Source: an uncultured Candidatus Saccharibacteria bacterium (GTDB lineage: Bacteria > Patescibacteriota > Minisyncoccia > Minisyncoccales > Staskawiczbacteraceae). Taken from it: DNA of 64,000 nucleotides. A model generated the notes under the pieces. That model made no database searches, had not been told where the DNA came from, and saw nothing but the letters and a program-made list of their open reading frames with translations. Positions 59,262-64,000 of this stretch are shown one piece after another. The position numbers were made by a program, and so were the translations under genes. The stretch lies in the NCBI GenBank assembly GCA_964479955.1, contig CAYZNK010000003.1, positions 66,329 to 130,328 on the forward strand, written 5' to 3'. Position 1 is the stretch's first letter; each line of letters opens with the position of its first letter.

Positions 59262-60164
59262 ATGCCAAGCATATATACGCAAGCAGATTCAAACACAAGA
59301 AAAACCTGGTTTTTATTAACTGGGTTTTTGGTCTTCATCATAGTAATAGGCTGGCTTTTCAGCTATATTTTAGACGATACTGCCATTTTATACATTGCAA
59401 TAATTTTCAGCATTTTTTCTTCTTTTGGAAGTTATTGGTGGTCAGATAAAATTGTTTTATCAATGTATAGGGCAAAGCCAGTAGAGCATAATGATAATCC
59501 GGAACTTTATCATATTGTTGAAAATCTTTGCATTACAGCAGGTCTTCCTGTTCCAAAGATTTATATTCTGCCCGAGCTTCAGCCAAATGCTTTCGCAACA
59601 GGCAGAGACGCAAAGCACGCTGTTATTGCTGTTACCCAGGGGCTTTTAAACAAACTTAACAAAACAGAGCTTCAGGGGGTTATTGCCCATGAATTATCGC
59701 ATATAGGAAATAGAGATATGCTTTTGGCAACAGTTGTGGCCATTTTGGCAGGCGTTATTGCAATGCTGGCAAACTTTTTTATGAGAATCAGTTTTTGGGG
59801 AGGCAGAAGAAATTCAGATGACAACAAAGGAGCAAATGCTTTGATTTTGGTTTTAGGGGTTGTTGCAGCACTTTTGGCTCCAATAGCAGCTAGTTTAATA
59901 CAGCTTGCAATTTCAAGAAAAAGAGAATTTTTAGCAGATGCGGATGGAGCGCTTTTAACAAGATACCCGGAAGGACTGGCGTCTGCTTTAGAAAAAATTT
60001 CATCTGACCCAACCTCAATGAGAGTTAAAAATGATGCAGCAAGCTCTTTGTTTATTGATTCCCCATACAAGGGTAAGCAAAAAACGAGTTGGTTTGTAAA
60101 ACTTTTTTTAACTCATCCTCCTGTTGAAGAGCGTATTTCCGCTCTTCGCGATATGAGTATGTAA
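59262..60164 (+). CDS. htpX: zinc metalloprotease HtpX (M48 family)
   Basis: It has the HELSHI zinc motif, TM helices and the C-terminal THPPVEERI. Confidence 0.9.
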   Translation: MPSIYTQADSNTRKTWFLLTGFLVFIIVIGWLFSYILDDTAILYIAIIFSIFSSFGSYWWSDKIVLSMYRAKPVEHNDNPELYHIVENLCITAGLPVPKIYILPELQPNAFATGRDAKHAVIAVTQGLLNKLNKTELQGVIAHELSHIGNRDMLLATVVAILAGVIAMLANFFMRISFWGGRRNSDDNKGANALILVLGVVAALLAPIAASLIQLAISRKREFLADADGALLTRYPEGLASALEKISSDPTSMRVKNDAASSLFIDSPYKGKQKTSWFVKLFLTHPPVEERISALRDMSM

Positions 60165-60168
60165 ATTT

Positions 60169-60411
60169 ATGGCAAGAATAAATAAGGAAAAATTAAATGA
60201 GCTATTAAAAGCCATTCCCGATATTTCACCAGAGGAAAGGCAGTATTTGATGAAAGAATTTGAAAAGCCGTTGGTTGACGGCTTGTCTGAATATAAATTT
60301 GAGGAAAAAGCAAAGCAATTGTTAAATAATAGAAAAGACATTATTGACGACTTTGAATTAAGAAAAGTTAAAGAAAAAATATCAGAAGAATTCAAAAAAG
60401 ACAAAAAATGA
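60169..60411 (+). CDS. hypothetical small helical protein
   Basis: This is an ORF only, K/E-rich. It overlaps the next ORF by ATGA. Confidence 0.35.
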   Translation: MARINKEKLNELLKAIPDISPEERQYLMKEFEKPLVDGLSEYKFEEKAKQLLNNRKDIIDDFELRKVKEKISEEFKKDKK

Positions 60412-60749
60412 AAATTGTAAAAGACCAAAAAGTTGATATAGCGGAGTTAAAAGAAATGGCCCAGAAAATGTTTGGGAGTTTGGTAAAAGGGATGGTTGAT
60501 GTTGAAAAAGAAATTATGGCTGTTGACGCGCCAATGCATTCTGATTTACTTGAATTTTTAATGAAAGAGGAAAATTGTAATCCAAAAGATGTTTGGGGTA
60601 TAAATATTTATCCTGAAAAATCAGGTGAAGATTTTATAGAGTTCGATTCGGTTATGAACTTAAAGCCCGCGTTTAACAATAAGTCCCGAGGTATAGAAGA
60701 TGCAGAAATAAGGGAAAAAATAATAAAAATAGTTCAAAAATTAACTTAA
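60408..60749 (+). CDS. hypothetical protein
   Basis: The ORF is translationally coupled to the previous one. I cannot assign a family confidently. Confidence 0.4.
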   Translation: MKIVKDQKVDIAELKEMAQKMFGSLVKGMVDVEKEIMAVDAPMHSDLLEFLMKEENCNPKDVWGINIYPEKSGEDFIEFDSVMNLKPAFNNKSRGIEDAEIREKIIKIVQKLT

Positions 60750-60753
60750 AATA

Positions 60754-61047
60754 ATGTATTTTCATAAAGACCTAACGCAAGAGCAATGGGAAGACATGGA
60801 TTTTTTTAGACAGATGGCAAATATGGGAGCTGAATTTGGCAGGGCAGAAAATTGGATATTAAAAGATAAAAAGATTAGCGAAGCAGCTTTTTTCAGAGGG
60901 GTTGAATTATTAGACGCAACTATTTTGGATTCTAAAAATAGAAAACATTTAAAAGAGCTTTGCAGATTACGCGAAGCGATTGGTTCTGATCTAAAAGATT
61001 GGGATAAATACTTTTTGCCGTTTAATTATGCATCAATTGAAAAATAA
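60754..61047 (+). CDS. hypothetical protein
   Basis: This is an ORF only. Confidence 0.4.
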   Translation: MYFHKDLTQEQWEDMDFFRQMANMGAEFGRAENWILKDKKISEAAFFRGVELLDATILDSKNRKHLKELCRLREAIGSDLKDWDKYFLPFNYASIEK

Positions 61048-61050
61048 TTT

Positions 61051-61134
61051 GGAGGAGTCGCATAGTGGCCATTGCAACGGCTTGGAAAGCCGTGACCTTC
61101 ACGGGTCTCGTGGGTTCGAGTCCCACCTCCTCCG
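61051..61134 (+). tRNA. tRNA-Ser (anticodon GGA)
   Basis: The acceptor is GGAGGAG/CTCCTCC and the anticodon stem is ACGGC/GCCGT with loop TTGGAAA. It has a long variable arm and a T arm GTGGG-TTCGAGT-CCCAC. The discriminator is G and no CCA is encoded. Confidence 0.85.
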
Positions 61135-61139
61135 CTTGT

Positions 61140-61176
61140 AAACTAAAAGCACCCTAAGAGGTGTTTTTAGTTTGGC
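61140..61176 (+). terminator. intrinsic terminator after tRNA-Ser
   Basis: AAACTAAAAGCACC (61140-61153) pairs with GGTGTTTTTAGTTT (61160-61173) as a 14-bp stem with one G:U. Confidence 0.7.
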
Positions 61177-61253
61177 TATTGACAGTGATGTTAGAATAAT
61201 ATAACATTAAGATGTCGCAGTAAAAAATAAAATAATAAGTATGTTTCTAAAAT

Positions 61254-61634
61254 ATGCAGTTAACATTAAAACAATACAAAATAATAAGAATAATAGCGGC
61301 ATTTGTAATAGCTTTTGCCATAAGCCAATCAATAGTTTTCAAAAATTTTTTTGCTCCGGTTATATTGGTTGCAACAGGCTCTTTTTTGTTGATGTATTTT
61401 AAAAGAAAGGTAAAAGACGTAATAGCAGATGAAAGAGATTGGGCAACGGGAGGAAAGGCCGCTCTCTTCGCAATTCAAATATATTCTTGGATATCGGTTA
61501 TATTCATGTTTTTCTTTTATGCTATTGCTGACAAAAACATATTCTACCAGCCGATTGCAATGACTTTGGCTTTTTCTGTTTGCGGTTTGATGATTATGTA
61601 CAGTATAATTTTTCGTTATCTAAACAAAAAATGA
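61254..61634 (+). CDS. small 4-TM membrane protein (DUF2178-like, tentative)
   Basis: It has four hydrophobic helices. It lies directly upstream of a small XRE regulator, which is the common pairing for this family. Confidence 0.45.
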   Translation: MQLTLKQYKIIRIIAAFVIAFAISQSIVFKNFFAPVILVATGSFLLMYFKRKVKDVIADERDWATGGKAALFAIQIYSWISVIFMFFFYAIADKNIFYQPIAMTLAFSVCGLMIMYSIIFRYLNKK

Positions 61635-61638
61635 ACTT

Positions 61639-61830
61639 ATGAAAAATAGAATTAAAGAGCTGAGGTTAAAGATAAATATTACGCAAGAAGAATTGGCGCA
61701 AAGGGCCGGCGTAAGAAGGGAAACTATTGTTTTTTTAGAACAAGGGAAATATAATCCTTCATTAAATTTAGCATACGAGGTTGCAAAAGCTTTAAAGTCT
61801 TCAATTGATAAGGTTTTCATATTTGAATAA
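61639..61830 (+). CDS. XRE-family helix-turn-helix transcriptional regulator
   Basis: The motif is [48 protein letters not shown]. Confidence 0.8.
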   Translation: MKNRIKELRLKINITQEELAQRAGVRRETIVFLEQGKYNPSLNLAYEVAKALKSSIDKVFIFE

Positions 61831-61959
61831 AAAATGTATGGGACAGCTGGTATTTTTAAATTGAAAGAAGTATAATGGCAGTATAAAAAATTAAATAAGG
61901 CAGGCGCTGGATTGCCCCAAACATGGGATGGGTCGGTTTGGCAGCTTGTTTTTTAAACA

Positions 61960-62730
61960 ATGGAAATGGAAACAGAACAAAAAAGATTTGATTTATCAAA
62001 CAGGTTTTTTGCTATCATAGCTTTGCTAGTTGTTGCAATTTGTCTGTATTTGGCGTCTGAACTGGTTTTGGGTTTTAAAACGCTTAATTTACAAAATCAA
62101 AACCAGATTACCGTGGCAGGGGAAGGAAAAGTTTATGCTGTTCCGGATATTGCAACAGTAACTTTGGGGATTGAAACAAACGGCAATTCGGTTAGCGAGA
62201 TAACCCAAAAAAATGTTTCTGCAATGAATAAGATAATACAGGAGCTTAAAAATTTAGGTATTGAAGACAAAGATTTACAGACAACCCAGTATTCTGTTAG
62301 TCCTCAGTATAATTGGACCCAAAAGGAGGGCAGAATACCAGACGGATACACAATAAGCCAAAATATTGAAGTAAAAATAAGAGATTTTAATAAAATCAGC
62401 AATATTTTAACAGTGGGGACTGAAAATGGAGCTAATATTGTAAATAGTCTGCAGTTTGAAATTGACGATGCAGAGCAATTTAAGGCAAATGCAAGAGCAA
62501 AGGCAATAGCGCAGGCAAAGGAAAAAGCAAGAGTTTTGGCTGAGCAGTCGGGCATAAAACTGGGAGATATAATCAATGTTTATGAAAACAGCTATTACAG
62601 TCCGGTTTCTTCATATTCCACAAAAGCAGTAGGAATGGGGGGAGCCGTAGAAGATTCTGTCTCCCCGCAAATTCAGACAGGAGAGCAGGAAATTAGGGCA
62701 ACCGTTAATTTGGTTTATAAAATAAAATAA
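61960..62730 (+). CDS. SIMPL-domain (DUF541) protein
   Basis: It has an N-terminal TM helix and the motifs ITVAGEGKVYAVPDIATVTLGIET and ARAKAIAQAKEKARVLAEQSGIKLG. Confidence 0.75.
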   Translation: MEMETEQKRFDLSNRFFAIIALLVVAICLYLASELVLGFKTLNLQNQNQITVAGEGKVYAVPDIATVTLGIETNGNSVSEITQKNVSAMNKIIQELKNLGIEDKDLQTTQYSVSPQYNWTQKEGRIPDGYTISQNIEVKIRDFNKISNILTVGTENGANIVNSLQFEIDDAEQFKANARAKAIAQAKEKARVLAEQSGIKLGDIINVYENSYYSPVSSYSTKAVGMGGAVEDSVSPQIQTGEQEIRATVNLVYKIK

Positions 62731-62745
62731 TTTATTAACAATATT

Positions 62746-63198
62746 ATGGATAATTGCGTTTTTTGCAAAATTATAAAGGGAGAAATTGATTCTGCCAAAA
62801 TATGGGAAGATGAAAACTTTGTTGCCATATTGGACATGAATCCAAATACAAGGGGAATGAGCCTTGTTCTGCCAAAGTCTCATTTTGAATCTTATGTTTT
62901 TTCAATGCCAGACGAAATTTACCAAAAATTGATGATGGCTTCAAAAACAGTGGGAAATATTTTAGAAAAATCTTTAGGGGCCAAAAGAGTAGCTATGGTA
63001 ATGGAGGGAATGGGGGTTAATCATGCCCATATAAAACTTTATCCAATGTATGGATTAGATGATGAGTTCAAGCAAATAGTTGCAAAAGATAGATTGTTTT
63101 TTGAAAAGTATCCGGGCTACGTAACCACACTTATGGGCCCCCAGGCAGACCTTAAATCCTTAAAAGAGCTGGCAGAAGAAATAAGGGTGAAGTCATAG
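62746..63198 (+). CDS. HIT family hydrolase
   Basis: It has an N-terminal CVFCKII and the histidine triad region GVNHAHIKLYP. Confidence 0.85.
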   Translation: MDNCVFCKIIKGEIDSAKIWEDENFVAILDMNPNTRGMSLVLPKSHFESYVFSMPDEIYQKLMMASKTVGNILEKSLGAKRVAMVMEGMGVNHAHIKLYPMYGLDDEFKQIVAKDRLFFEKYPGYVTTLMGPQADLKSLKELAEEIRVKS

Positions 63199-63303
63199 AT
63201 TGCTTTGTTGTTGTAAAGTCGCATTAACTCATCTTTGAATGCCGGTGTTTTTTTTGGCTATGAATTTTTTACGCAAATTTTTTAAATATCAAATATTTTA
63301 AAA

Positions 63304-64000
63304 ATGGACTCGCAAATAGAAGAAATAAAAAACAAACTGGATATAGTTGATGTTGTGGGTTCTTATGTAAAACTAACCAGGACGGGTATCAACTACAGGG
63401 GGATTTGTCCATTTCATTCTGAAAAGGGGCCGTCTTTTTTTGTCTCTCCTGCAAGGCAAATGTGGCATTGTTTTGGATGCGGGCTTGGAGGGTCTATTTT
63501 TGACTTTATGATGAAAATTGACGGCGTTGAGTTTGGAGATGCTTTGAGAACCTTGGCAAAAAAAGCAGGCGTTGAATTAAAAAAAGAAAATCCGCAGTTA
63601 AGGACAGAGCGTCAGAGGCTGTATGAAATCTGCGAATTGTCAGCTTCTTTTTTTGAAAAACAACTATCAGCCAGCGATTGGGGTAAAAAGGCAAAAGATT
63701 ATCTTTTAAAAAGGGGAATTTTGGAAGAAACAATTAAAAAGTGGAGGCTGGGATACTCTCCTGATACATGGCAGGGACTGTCTGATTTTCTTGTTGGAAG
63801 GGGATATAACAGGGATGAAATAATAAAAGCAGGCCTGGCTGTTATGTCAGAAAAAGGAGGTTCAAATTTGGGCAGAACCTATGACAGGTTTAGGGGCAGG
63901 ATTATTTTTCCAATTTTTGATATAAGTTCGCAGGTAATCGGTTTTGGCGCAAGGATTTTTAAGGAAAACGATAAAAATAATCCAATAGCGGGCGGAGCAA
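63304..64000 (+). CDS. dnaG: DNA primase DnaG (5' partial, runs off the window)
   Basis: This ORF is not in the track because it is open to the window end. My translation from the ATG at 63304 gives [24 protein letters not shown]...[28 protein letters not shown] (CHC2 zinc finger) and ...[23 protein letters not shown]. Confidence 0.9.
   Translation, partial: MDSQIEEIKNKLDIVDVVGSYVKLTRTGINYRGICPFHSEKGPSFFVSPARQMWHCFGCGLGGSIFDFMMKIDGVEFGDALRTLAKKAGVELKKENPQLRTERQRLYEICELSASFFEKQLSASDWGKKAKDYLLKRGILEETIKKWRLGYSPDTWQGLSDFLVGRGYNRDEIIKAGLAVMSEKGGSNLGRTYDRFRGRIIFPIFDISSQVIGFGARIFKENDKNNPIAGGA

Noticed and set aside
59249-59449. 66-aa ORF overlapping the 5' end of htpX in another frame.
   Set aside because: It overlaps the well-supported HtpX ORF, and its translation has no features.
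61900-61958. Possible attenuator or leader hairpin (TGCCCCAAAC...GTTTGGCA followed by GCTTGTTTTTT) upstream of the SIMPL gene.
   Set aside because: The stem needs a bulge and the context is ambiguous. It could simply be the terminator of the XRE regulator gene, so it is not strong enough to call.

Overview
This is a low-GC, gene-dense bacterial chromosome segment. All calls come from motif recognition by eye on the ORF track and the raw sequence; no searches were run. The gene content suggests a Candidate Phyla Radiation/Patescibacteria-like organism, but that is inference only. The supporting content is a large type IV pilus operon, an orphan ACP, a cupin-type PGI, big secreted multidomain proteins and a DGR. 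Layout by region: (1) 135-15599 is a type IV pilus locus. It holds PilN/O-like genes, pilB, pilT, pilC, three tandem pilin paralogs, pilD and four minor pilins. An STT3/AglB-type oligosaccharyltransferase and a GT2 gene sit between the pilins and pilD. (2) 15601-48604 is housekeeping: ligA, a SEDS protein, rpoB, rpoC, a secreted protein, ftsK, recA, rpsR-ssb-rpsF, PMM/PGM, trpS, RNase J, tRNA-Leu, cupin PGI, a peptide-type SBP, secG, uvrC, acpP, uvrA and groES/groEL. (3) 48744-53643 is a complete diversity-generating retroelement. It consists of a target surface protein with a C-terminal VR, a TR whose mismatches are all at adenines, Avd and RT. A co-oriented NYN-domain gene follows, then a 1127-aa surface protein. 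(4) 57072-64000 holds small genes: lemA, a stand-alone Avd-like four-helix-bundle gene bracketed by inverted repeats, htpX, tRNA-Ser, an XRE regulator, SIMPL, HIT and the 5' part of dnaG. The best-supported special system is the DGR. Its NYN neighbour and a G12 tract in the RT are the unusual parts. Other notable signals are the OST+GT2 pair inside the pilus operon, several families of long low-complexity hairpin repeats in intergenic regions, and a ~160-bp TIR-bounded cassette duplicated upstream of recA and a zinc-ribbon gene. One hairpin family encloses a gene, and related sequences appear in-frame in uvrA and uvrC. A perfect 36-44 nt palindrome also occurs both intergenically and inside uvrC. 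No rRNA, CRISPR array, transposase or integrase was recognised.
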